Part shown: positions 39,280 to 53,547 of the stretch, piece after piece
How the letters are laid out: each line of letters begins with the position of its first letter
How positions within the stretch are numbered: the first letter of the stretch is position 1
From: the human T2T-CHM13v2.0 reference genome, Homo sapiens
Direction: 5' to 3' (one strand)
Length of the DNA: 64,000 nt
Assembly (NCBI RefSeq): GCF_009914755.1
Contig: NC_060941.1
Made by a program: the position numbers and the translations under genes
Notes under the pieces: generated by a model
The model's input: the letters and a program-made list of their open reading frames with translations, nothing else
Databases searched by the model: none
Told to the model about the DNA's origin: nothing

Positions 39280-40722
39280 TGTGTCTGGAATTGGTGGGTT
39301 CTTGGTCTCACTGACTTCAAGAATGAAGCCACAGACCTTTGTGGTGAGTGTTATAGTTCTTAAGGTGGCACATCTGGAGTTTGTTCCTTCTGATGTTCAG
39401 ATGTGTTTGGAGTTTCTTCTTTCTGGTGGGTTCGCGGTCTTGCTAGCTCAAGAGCGAAGCTGCAGTTCTTCACAGTGAGTGTTACAGCCATAAAAGCAGT
39501 GTGGACCTAAAGAGTGAGCAGTAGCAAGATCTATTGCAAACAACAAAACAACAAAGCCTCCACAGTGTTGAACAAGACGCGATGCAGGTTGCCACTGCTG
39601 GTTCAGGCAGCCTGCTTTTATTCTCTTATCTGGCCCCACCCACGTCCTGCTGATTGGTAGAGCTGAGTGGTCTGTTTTGACAGGACACTGATTGGTGTGT
39701 TTACAATCCTTGAGCTAGATATAAAGGTTCTCCACGTTCTTATCAGATTAGTTAGATACAGTTTTGACACACAGGGTCTCCAAGGCCTCACCAGAGCAGC
39801 TAGATACAGAGTGTCGATTGGTGCACTCACAAACCTTGAGCTAGACACAGGGTGCTGATTGGTGTGTTTACAAACCTTGCGCTAGATACAGAGTGCTGAT
39901 TGGTGTATTTACAATCCTTGAGCTAGACATAAAGGTTCTCCAAGGCCCCACCAGAGCAGCTAGATACAGAGTGTCGATTGGTGCACTCATAAACCCTGAG
40001 CTAGACACAGGATGCTGATTGGTGTGTTTACAGTCTCTGAGCTAGACATAAAGACTCTCCACGTCCTTACCAGACTTAGAAGCCTAGCTGGCTTCACCTA
40101 GTGGATCCTGCACCGGGGTTGCAGGTGGAGCTGCCTGCCAGTCCTGCGCCATGCGCTCGCATTGCTCAGCCCTCGGGCGGTAGATGGGACTGGGCGCCGT
40201 GGAGCAGGGGGCGGCGCTCCTCGGGGAGGCTCCAGCTGCACAGGAACTTACGGAGGCGGGGGAAGGCTCAGGCATGGCGGGCTGCAGTCCTGAGGCTTGC
40301 CTTGAGGGAAGGCAGCTAAGGCCCGGCGAGAAATTGAGCGCAGCGCCGGTGGGCTGGCACTGCTGGGGAACCTAGTACGCCTTCCGCAGCCGCTGGCCCG
40401 GGTGCTAAGTCCTTCATTGCCCAGTGCCGGCAGGGCCGGCCGGCTGCTCTGAGTGCGGGGCTGCCAAGCCTACGCCTACCCGGAACTCCAGCTGGCCCGC
40501 AAGCGCGGCACGCAGCCCCGGTTCCCGCTCGCGCCTCTCTCTCCACACCTCTTTGCAAGCTGAGAGAGTGGGCTCCGGCCTTGGCCAGCCCAGAAAGGGG
40601 CTCCTACGGTGCAGCGGTAGGCTGAAGGGCTCCTCAAGTGCCGCCAAAGTAGGATCCCAGGCAGAGGAGGCGCCGAGAGCGAGCGAGGGCTGTGAGGACT
40701 GCCAGCATGCTGTTACCTCTCA
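39280..40722 (-). mobile_element. Solo LTR12 (ERV9 LTR, LTR12C-like) inserted inside an Alu
   Basis: Termini TGAGAGGTAACAGC...AATTCCAGACACA on the minus strand; tandem CCAAT repeats; CpG-rich U3; 4-bp TSD attg at 39276-39279 and 40723-40726; host Alu spans about 39035-40776. Confidence 0.95.
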
Positions 40723-41889
40723 ATTGCACCACTGCACTCCCCACCCTGGGTGACAGAACGAGATCCTGTCTCAAGAAAGCATTGCTAAACACTTTCTTCC
40801 ATAAAATTATATTTTGCCCTGAGGGAGGCCCCCAGCCAGACTGTGAAGTGCCACCTCCTGCTGCTGGCCCCTGAGGGTAGCGGGCAAGGAAGGAGCATGT
40901 CTCTGCTGTGGGAAGTGCCAGGGAAAAGCCCCTGGATTGGGTCACCATGAAACGCAAAGCGGGTGAAATACAAACATACCTTTGAAAGACAAATACGGAC
41001 CTTAGTGAATGAGTCTGGGTCATGGCTGGACCGGAGAAATCCCAGGGTGAGCCAGCCCAAACACACCATCCATGGAATAAAAAAAGGAACTGCTACTCCA
41101 ATGGTCAGCCCTGTGAGAAACGCATCCTTCCATCCAGCTAAAATCTGCCTGTGTCCATCTTGTCTGCTCAACACCAGTCCCCATGCTTTGGGACACAGAG
41201 CACTGTACCCTCCTGCATGGAATGGCCAGCCACTGGGCTTCAGAGCCAAACAAACCTGGGCTCAAAGGCCAGCCCTGACTCTCTGTTGTGTGATGTCCGG
41301 CATAATGGTGCTAGTAGTTGATGTGCCCATCTGCCCCACCTCTGCCTGGCTGTACTTGTAGCTAGTACATGTATACTATATATGTGCCCGACTGTTTCAT
41401 TGTATGTTCCAGGATGGTCATGCCTGAGTTTTTTTTTTTTTTTTTTTTGGTGGGGGGAATCTCACTCTATTGCCCAGGCTGGAGTGCGGTAGCACGATCA
41501 CGGCTCACTGAAGCCTCAAATCCCTAGCCTTAAGTGATCTACCTATCTCAGCCTCCTGAGTAGCTGGGACTACCGACCTGCACCACCAAGCCTGGCTAAT
41601 TTTTTAAAATTTTTGTAGAGGTTGAGGAGGGAGGGGCTCTGTTGCCCAGGCTAGTCTCGAACTCCTGGACTCAAGTGATCCACCTGCCTCGGCACTGGGA
41701 TTACAAGTGTGAGCCATCACACCCAGCTTCCCTGAGCCTTTATACAGAACTCGCCTTTGAGTTAGGTTCTGTTGTATATTCTAGTTAGGGCATTATATTG
41801 ATTTTTTAAATTACTATCATTCTGAATTAATAACAAATTGTGGTACATTCATACAGTGGAATAGAACTCAGCAATAAAAAGTAATGAGG

Positions 41890-42490
<601 letters not shown>

Positions 42491-42683
42491 AATTAAAAAT
42501 TTAAAAAGTAATGAACTGTTGGCACACAAAACAACATGGATAAATCTCAAAATAATTATGGTGAGTGAAAGAAGCCTGACAAAAAAAAGTACACACTGTA
42601 TGATTCCATGTCTAGAAAGCACTAGAAAATATAAACTAACCTATGATGACAGAAAGCAGATCAGGGTCAGGCATGGTGGCTCA

Positions 42684-43019
<336 letters not shown>

Positions 43020-43218
43020 TCACCGGGGGTAATGAGGAAACTTTTTGAGAGGATGGATATCTTCACTATCTTGAATGTGATGATTTGAGCTGTATACCAA
43101 GGGTCAGATACCAAATTTTAATCTTGGTATATGCACAGTTTATTATATGTCAGTACCTCAGTAAATCTGCCTAAAATGTTTAAAAATTACTGTAATTATA
43201 CAAAATACATTTTATGAA

Positions 43219-43327
43219 AAGGAAGTCATGAATGGAGCATGGTTGAGAACCCCAGCATCAGGTAGATTCAGAAGGAAGTCATGAGTGGAGCATGGTTGAG
43301 AACCCCAGCATCAGGTAGATTCAGAAG
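43219..43327. repeat. 53-bp tandem duplication (2 copies, 1 mismatch)
   Basis: aaggaagtcatga(a/g)tggagcatggttgagaaccccagcatcaggtagattcag at 43219 and 43272. Confidence 0.9.
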
Positions 43328-43373
43328 TGGGGAAAAGCATCTCCCACTTCCCCTTCTTCAGGCCAGCGTGCTG

Positions 43374-43406
43374 TGCAATTTATCCAGTGGCCACTAGAGG
43401 ACAGCA
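43374..43406 (+). promoter_or_regulatory. Candidate CTCF site with upstream motif
   Basis: TGCAATT-N7-TGGCCACTAGAGGACAGCA; the core is one mismatch from CCACTAGAGGGCAG. Confidence 0.5.
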
Positions 43407-43796
43407 GCGACTCATGTACAGGAAGTCGGCGTTTCAGGGTTTCAATACTAAGAATTCCCTGCTCTGTGCTCCCTATCCTGGGAGGTGGGCGTTAATACCC
43501 CCATAATACTCAGTTAGAGCTGAGACTTGGGACTCGGTTTCTGGCTCCTGATTCCATCTTGTTGGTCCCCCAACACCAGGAGCACAGGGAGGTCGCCCAG
43601 ACTATAGCGCAGTTGGCACTATCTCAGCTCACTGCAACCTCTGCCTCCCAGGTTCGAGCAGTTCTCCTGTCTCAGCCTCCTGAGTAGCTGGGATTACAGG
43701 CGAGTGCCAACACGCCCGGCTAATTTTTCCATTTTTAGTAGCGATGGGGTTTCACCATGTTGGCCAGGCTAGTTTCAAACTCCTGACCTCAAGTGA

Positions 43797-44135
<339 letters not shown>

Positions 44136-45534
44136 TGAGCTATGATGGCACCACAGCCTGGGTGTGAGAGTGACACCCAGTCTCAAAAAAAATAATTGTG
44201 GACACACATTGAACCCTCCCAGTGGGTGAGGCATGATGCCAAACACTGTATGAAGGGAATCATCTCATCTTCACAGCACTGTTACTAAATAAGCTGCAGA
44301 AAGGTTAAGAAACACCCAAAGTCATAGAGCTGGTAGGAGGCAGTGCAAGGATTTGCATCCAGATTTGACACTAACACGTGGGCCTCGCTACTGCTCTGTA
44401 GTACCCACTTAAACGGAAGTGTCCTTCTCGATTATTTAGTTCATGTGTTACACTCGTTGGTGTTGGTAGCAGATGGTTGGTATTGTAGTTCAGCTTTCTG
44501 GAGAAAGCTTGTCAGGCTTCAAGAGAATGTTTAGCATCTGTGATGGTCCATGAGGGAGGTTCCCCTCTCCACCCCTTCACCACTTTACATGGAGCATTTA
44601 CAGTGTGTGAGTTTCCATGCTAAGGATGATACTTTCATGATGACAGTGTCTGAAGGGCAGGTGGGCAGAGGCCAGCAACATGGAACTGAGGGGTCAGTGA
44701 TGCAGGAATCCAGTGACATTGTTTATTTGCACTCACTTAAAAGGGTTTGTCAAACACAGCCCAACTCAACTGGAGTCCTGAGAAGGTGACCAGACCAGGA
44801 TGGAGGCCCAGGGAACTCACCAGAAGTCCCCATGCATCAGAACAAGGTCGAAGCATCCTGGTGAGTAGATAACACGTGCCCATGCTTTGTGGGAGGAAGT
44901 CCTCCAGCAGTTTCTCTCCTTCCCCTTGGCTTTGACTCAGCCTACCTGGGATTATGCAGTTGGTTCTCCACTCCAGATGCCTCAGGGAGGTGACCCTTCC
45001 TGTTCTGGGTTCTGCAGAAACCAACAGCTCTGGGCTTGTGCCCATCAAGCACTCTTCTGCCCATTTTATACTCTTGTGGACGCATGGTGGTGTTGATACA
45101 AGCCCCGAATTAAAGGATCCATGGCTGCCCGTGACAAGACAAAGCAAAAGCAGGCCAGAGTTAAACAGGCCCCTTGGGTCCCTTCCTTCATTTCATAAAT
45201 GGGAAAATCAAGGTCTGGGCAGGGAAAGGGACTCAGCCAAGGCCACATACACAGCACACTGATGGCCGAGCCGGGGTTAGGACTCCCAGCATACCCTGTA
45301 GACTTCTCTAATAATAGATAGGCTGCTTGGTTTTTCTTTATTAAGGGTTGGTTACACATTATCTCTCTCTGTCTTTCTTAAAACAATTATTCTTTAATAT
45401 CTTTATATATTCAGTAAGTGTTCAAATTTCCAACTATTTTATGTCAAAAAGCATTTTCTAACATTTTTATTAAATCAAGATCCAAACAAGATGCACACAA
45501 TATGATTAGTTGATGTCTCTTAAATCTCTTTTAA

Positions 45535-45843
<309 letters not shown>

Positions 45844-47590
45844 TAAAGTCCTGGGATTACAAGTGTGAGCCACTGCGCCTGGCACAGAAATGGTAATATT
45901 CTATCATCCTGTCTTCATTTATTAGCTGGATTACTTCTAAAGAGAAACTCCTCCTTGTTAACTATTCCATTACCTGGAGTCTTATCTCATCAATTCTGGG
46001 AAGATTCTGGGTACGTGGGATTATCCCCACTTCCATGTTAGGCCAGAGGTCAGAGGGGCTGAAGGAACTGTCACCAGCAGAAGAATTGGCTGGCCCAGCC
46101 AACCGACAAAATCATAATAAATAATTAAAAAGTGAAGGCTGGGTGTGGTGGCTCATACCTGTCATCCCAGTGCTTTGGGAGGCCTGAGCGGGAGGCTTGC
46201 TTGAGGCCAGGAGTTTGAGGCTGCAGTGACCTATGGTCACACCACTGCACTCCAGCCTGGGCAACAGAGTGAGACCCTGTCTCTAAAGAAATTAATAATC
46301 AAGTGGTTGTTTTAAGGCCCTAAATCCATCAGCAGCCCATGCATGGCAAAACCAGGCCTAGGGGCCCCTGGGCCCTTTCCTTCCTTCACAGGAGGTCAGA
46401 CCTGCACAGAGTCATCAAGAGCATGCAGTTCAGCCTCGCCATGTGCAGATGGGGTGGCTGAGGACTGGGAGGTATAGTGACTCATCCAGGCCTGCGCACA
46501 TCACCCAGGTCATGGGCATATCCTTAAAAGAAACTCCTGAAAATTCCTTGTGATGGGTTTCAGTGTCTTTGCTGGCTGGGCCTGATGTTCTCACTCTAAA
46601 GCCTGTGCCTGTAAGCACTTGCACTAGGCCCACCATTCGACCTGATCTTATTTCCTGTGGTGTTCTCAATGCTGATAACAAATGCTTGGTAAATATCTGT
46701 TGAAATGAATCAATGAATGAAGGAGGTGTTGTTTCTGTATGTCAGGAATGGGCTGCTCCTGGACCTCTCCACTGGGGAAGATACTGGAGGCATTGGGATG
46801 TCCACAGAGCAGCCATCCTGGCGGGCCCAGCGAAGGAGCCAAGGGCACAGGGATGAGTGGGAAGCAGAGAGTGGGAGGCAGGCAAGAGAGCTCACTCCAG
46901 GAAAGCAAGCAGAGTGGGAGACCTGCCCTCCACCCTGGCAAGGGTCCAGCCGAGGAACAGAATCCTGCTGGGTGGGGAGGCAGCATAGATGGGGTTCCAG
47001 CAGGTAGCAGGGACCAGCCACTGAGCTGGGGTGAGGGCAGAACTCCAGTTGCAGGATGGAGCAGGCCAGGCCCCCATCCTTACACTGGGCAAGTGACCAA
47101 GGTGAGAACTCAGGCCCAAGGAGCAAGTCAGAAGCCCTGTGTATCAGGTAGGATTCAGTTGGGTTGAGAAGAATGAAAACCCTCAAATATCATTGTCTCA
47201 AACAAGTTCAAAGCTCAGTTTCTCTCTCATGTTTAGCTGTCCTGAGGGAATCAATCCAGAGCCAACAGGGTGCTCCATGATGCAAAGGCTCCTGTCTTAT
47301 TGTTCTGCCATCCACAAACATGACTTCTACCCCATGATACAATATGGCTGCTGGAGCTCAGCCTTTCCATGCTATATTCCAGGTATCAGGAAGGAGTATG
47401 GGAAGGAGAAGAGTACTCTCCTTTTTTTTTTTTTTAACAGCAATTCCCAGAACTGCACAGATGGTTTTCTTTACATTCTTTTGGCCAGAACTGAGTCACA
47501 TGGCCATGTCTAGCTGCAAAGGAGGGTTGGAAATGTTGTCTTCTTTTCACGTATTCATGAGCCTAGCTAAAAATCAGAACCTGTAACTGA

Positions 47591-48052
<462 letters not shown>

Positions 48053-48571
48053 TGATTCAAGCAATCCACCCACCTTGGCCTCCCAAAGTGCTGCTGGGAT
48101 TACAGGAATGAGCCACTGCACCTGGCCTTTTTTTTTTTTTTTTTTTGTAGCTAACCCAGCATTAGCCCAGGAAGAAGCCTCAACGGCAAGAAAGTAGGGT
48201 TAGTCTGCTCATTGGCAGGGACAGGCACAGACTCAGAGGCCAACAGCTGCTTGATGCTGAGAAAAGTATCCTCAAAATATGGGTCAAGGCCAGGGACTGC
48301 CTTTTCCCAGGAGGCAGTGATGTGGCTGATGACAGCTTCTTTTATTCTTTAAAATTTTACTATAGAATAGCATCCATGTAGAAAAGTACATAAATCATAA
48401 ATGTACAGCTCAATGATTTTCACAAAATGAACACACCCAAGTAGCTAGCACCCAGATCAAGAAATAGAACATTATCTAGAACTTTAGAAGCCGCCCCCAT
48501 CCCCTTCTTCCTGTCCTCTTCCCACCCTCCCCAGTCTTCAACCACCAACCCCCACCGGCATTTTTTTTTGA

Positions 48572-48790
<219 letters not shown>

Positions 48791-49214
48791 TGATCCACCC
48801 GCCTCGGCCTCCCAAAGTGCTGGGATTACAGGTGTGACCTGCCGCGCCCGGCCCCCACCAGCGTTTTTGTAAATCAGTGCAGGTGATTCCACAGTATAGT
48901 CAATGTTGAGAACCACTACTTTCATAACAATGCTTCTCAAACCTGGCTGCAAGTTAGAATCCACTGGGGAATGTCTGTCTTTTGAAGTAGAAGATGGAAC
49001 CAAGATAGCTAAGAAGGCAGAGTGGCACTTGCCATGGACCAGCTGTGTGACCTTCAAGGAGTTCTTTCATCTCTCTCAGCCTCATCTGGGAAATGGGAAC
49101 ACGATCACATTCCTGCAGAGTTGGGGCTGAGAGATAGAGGATGTCAGCCCAGGCACATGTAGGGGCTCCTGATACGTGGCAGCCACTATTGTTCTTATTA
49201 AAAGTGAGCAGCCC

Positions 49215-49528
<314 letters not shown>

Positions 49529-50474
49529 GTGAGCAGCCCCAGGAAGATGTAAAGCCCTCACTTCCTTTACGCAGATGGAACCCATTCTGGGGATAGGGGA
49601 CACAGGTTTTGTTGATGAGAGGTCACGGTCCTTCTAGGGAACACAGAAAAATTCCAAGAGCAGCAGAGATTCCAAGCCGAGGTGGACGGTATCAGAGACC
49701 AGTGGCTGCGGATGCACTTGGGCAGGCCCAGCTTTGGCAAAGCCAATCTTCCTTTGGCAAGAACAGTGACTGGCTGCAGGCTGTGACGCTAAAAGCTGCT
49801 TATGGAGAAAGAAGCAACCTTTGTTGAGCACATACTACGTGCCAGACACTGCCTGCATGCCTTAAATTGTGGGAGCAGTCAGACTGATCCCTTTTTAACA
49901 GTTGAGGAGCCTGAGGCTTGGAGGCTGCAGTGCCTGACTTCCTCACCGAGGAAAACCTGGTGTCCCCATGAGCCTGGGATCTGCCTCTGTTGGGATGCAT
50001 GCCTGAGGGCATGCTGCATACAGAGTGACCTGGGGATGTGTTGTTTGATTAGATGCTCATCTTTGTAGTTTTGCCTAAAACAAAAAGTACATGGCTTTTT
50101 AAGCCATTGACAACTTTATTCTTTGCACCTATTATATCACATGTTCATTGTAGAACATCTAAAAAATACAGATAAGCGAAAAGAAAAAAAATCAAAATCT
50201 GTCCTAGTCCCAGCCTACACAGATGGCCACTGTCAATGTGTGAGCATATATTTTCATACATGTGAGTCTGTTTGCATGTGTGTGTAGAAACTTAACAGAA
50301 AGGAGTCACATGCTACACATTGTCAAAATCTTCGTCTTCAGTTAATAATATATAGTGGCCATCTTTCTGTGCCATTAATTATTTATTATTATTTTTGAGA
50401 TGGAGTTTCACTCTTGTTGCCCAGGCTGGAGTGCAACGGCACAGTCTTGGCTCACTGCCATCTCCGCCTCCTGG

Positions 50475-51921
50475 TGAGAGGTGACAGCATGCTGGCAGCC
50501 CTGGCTCACTCTTGGCGCCTCCTCGGCCTCGTCGCCCACTCTGGCTGTGCTTGAGGAGCCCTTCAGCCCGCCGCTGCACTGTGGGAGCCCCTTCCTGGGA
50601 TGGCTGAGGCCGGAGCCGGCTCCCTCAGCCTGCGGGGAGGTGTGGAGGGAGAGGCACGGGCGGGAACCGAGGCTGCGCGCCACGCTTGCGGGCCAGCTAG
50701 AGTTCCAGGTGGGCGTGGGCCTGGCGGGCCCCGCACTCGGAGCGGCTGGCCGGCCCTGCCGGCCCCGGGCAGTGAGGGGCTTAGCACCCAGGCCAGCAGC
50801 TACCGAGGGTGCGCCGGGTCCCCCAGCAGTGCTGGCCCACGGGTGCTGCGCTCGATTTCTGGCCGGGCCTTAGCTGCCTCCCCACGGGGCAGGGCTCAGG
50901 ACTTCCAGCCCGCCATGCCTGAGTCTGCCCCGCCCCGCCGCCGTGGGCTCCTGCGCCGCCTGAGCCTCCTTGAGGAGCACGGCCCCCTGCTCCACGGCGC
51001 CCGGTCCCATCCATCGCCCAAGGGCTGAGAAGTGCGGGGGCAGGCCGCGGGACTGGCGGGCAGCTCCACCTGTGGCCCCCGTGCGAGACCCACTGGGTGA
51101 GGCCAGCTGGGTTCCTGAGTCTGGTGGGGACTTGGAGAACCTTTATGTCTAGCTAAGGGATTGTAAATACACCACTCAGCACTCTGTATCTAGCTCAAGG
51201 TTTGTAAACACACCAATCAGCACCCTGTGTCTAGCTCAGAGTTTGTGAATGCACCAGTCAGCACCCTGTGTCTAGCTCAAGGTTTGTAAATGCACCAATC
51301 GACACTCTGTAGCTAATCTAATGGGGACGTGGAGAACTTTCGTGTCTAGCTCAGAGATTGTAAACACACCAATCAGTGCCCTGTCAAAACGGACCAATCA
51401 GCTCTCTGTAAAATAGACCAACCGGCTCTCTGTAAAATGGACCAATCAGCAGGATGTGGGTGGGGCCAGATAAGAATAAAAGCAGGCTGCTGGAGCCACC
51501 CGTAACAACCCGCTCTGATTCTCTTCCAAATAATGGGAAGGTTTTCCCCCCGTTTTTACAGTAAGTTTTGCTGCTAATCACTTTGGATTTTCACTGCATT
51601 TATGAGCTGTGACATTCACTGTGAAGGTTTAAGGTTTTGCTGTTGAAGCTGGCAAAACCACAAAACCACCAAGAGAAACTAACAGTTCCACAGGCACTGT
51701 CTTAAGAGCTGTAACACCCACCATGAAGGTCTGCAGTTTCACTCTTGAGCCAGCGAGACCATGAACCCAGCGCAAGGAAAAAAGTGTAAGTACATCCGAA
51801 TTTCAGAACATCAGAAAGAAGAAACTCTGGACAGGCCCCCTTTAAGAACTGTGACACCACCTGCGAGGGTCTGCGGCTTCATTCTTGAAGTCAGCCCAAG
51901 AACCCACCGATTTTAGACACA
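50475..51921 (+). mobile_element. Solo LTR12 (ERV9 LTR) inserted inside an Alu
   Basis: Termini TGAGAGGTGACAGC...TTTTAGACACA; CCAAT repeats at 51200-51450; TATA-like AATAAA at 51475-51480; 4-bp TSD ctgg at 50471-50474 and 51922-51925; host minus-strand Alu spans about 50378-52131. Confidence 0.95.
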
Positions 51922-52595
51922 CTGGGTTCAAGCGATTTTCCTGCCTCAGCCTTCCAAGTAGCTGGGATTACAGGTGTCCACCACCACGCCGGGGTAAGTT
52001 TTGTATTTTTATTAGAGACAAGGGTTTTACAACATTGGCCAGGCTCATCCCAAACTCCTAACTACAGGTGCTTCTGCCACCTCAGCTTCCGAAAGTGGTG
52101 GGATAAGAGGTATGAGCCACTGTATCTGGCCTCATTAAATATTCTACAACAGTGGCACTGCATTAGAATCCCTGGGGAAGCTTTAAAAATGTCAATGCCT
52201 GGGTTCCACACCTACAGTCAAATTTAATTCATCTGAGGTGGCCTGAGGTTTGGAATTAAAAAAAAAAAAAAAAAACTCCCCAAGTAGTTTCAATATGCAG
52301 CCAAACCTAAGAGCTGCTAAACTGCAACTTTTTTTTTTTTTTTTTTTTTTTAGGTGGAGGAGTTCTCTGTTTACCAGGCTGGAGAACAGTGGTGCAGTCT
52401 TGGCTCACTACAACCTCCATCTCCCAGGTTCAAGTTATTCTCCTGCCTCAGCCTCCTGAGTAGCTGGGATTGCAGGTGTGTACGACTACACACGGCTAAT
52501 TTTTGCATTTTTTTTTTTTTTTTTTTTTTTTTTTAGTAGAGTCGGGGTTTTGCCATGTTGGCCAAGCTGGTCTCAAAACTCCTGACCTCAGGTAA

Positions 52596-52706
<111 letters not shown>

Positions 52707-52770
52707 TAATTTGATCAATCCCCTTTTCTTGGACATTTAGGTTGGTTCCAATTTTTATATCATCATAAAC

Positions 52771-52997
52771 CAGCAATTAGCATGCTTTTTCTGTAAAGAG
52801 CTAGGTGGTATTTGTTCTGGCCTTTGCAGATCACAAGTTCTCTCTTAGAACTACTGAGCTCTGCCATTACGGCAAAAAACCAGCCACAGACAATGCATAT
52901 ATGAATGCACATGGCTGTGTTTCAATCAGACTTTATTTAGAAAAACAGGTGGTGGCCAGATCTGGCCTGTGAGCCATGGCATGGTTCACTGAACCAA
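52771..52997. mobile_element. MER58A-like hAT MITE
   Basis: tttttctgtaaag...ctctgccatt...cagccacagacaat...catggctgtgtt...aaaaacaggtggtggccagat. Confidence 0.65.
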
Positions 52998-53096
52998 CTC
53001 TATAAACATTGTGTGGTACATCTTTTTGAAGCCAAACTTTCCTAGTATGAAATGATCATTTTCTTGTGACAATGATTTTATACTGTTTCTTTTTAG

Positions 53097-53147
53097 AAGT
53101 AGGACCCTTCTTTGAATGAAACTTAGTAAGATTCATATAAGTAACAG
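53097..53147 (+). other. Candidate 51-nt non-coding internal exon
   Basis: tgtttctttttAG acceptor (53095-53096) and CAG|GTAAGA donor (53148); lies 1.5 kb downstream of the LTR12 donor at 51561. Confidence 0.35.
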
Positions 53148-53218
53148 GTAAGAAGTCATTCTGTTAGCATAAATATATTTTATAAATTCAAATGTGCAGT
53201 ATTTAGAAGGCCAGTTAG

Positions 53219-53547
<329 letters not shown>

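Noticed and set aside
39640-40080. Regularly spaced ~41-bp repeats resembling a CRISPR-like array (also 51140-51450)
   Set aside because: Standard CCAAT-containing U3 enhancer repeats of LTR12; no unique spacers
40084-41023. Clusters of GC-rich ORFs (also 50379-51152)
   Set aside because: LTR12 U3 sequence, stop-poor because of GC content
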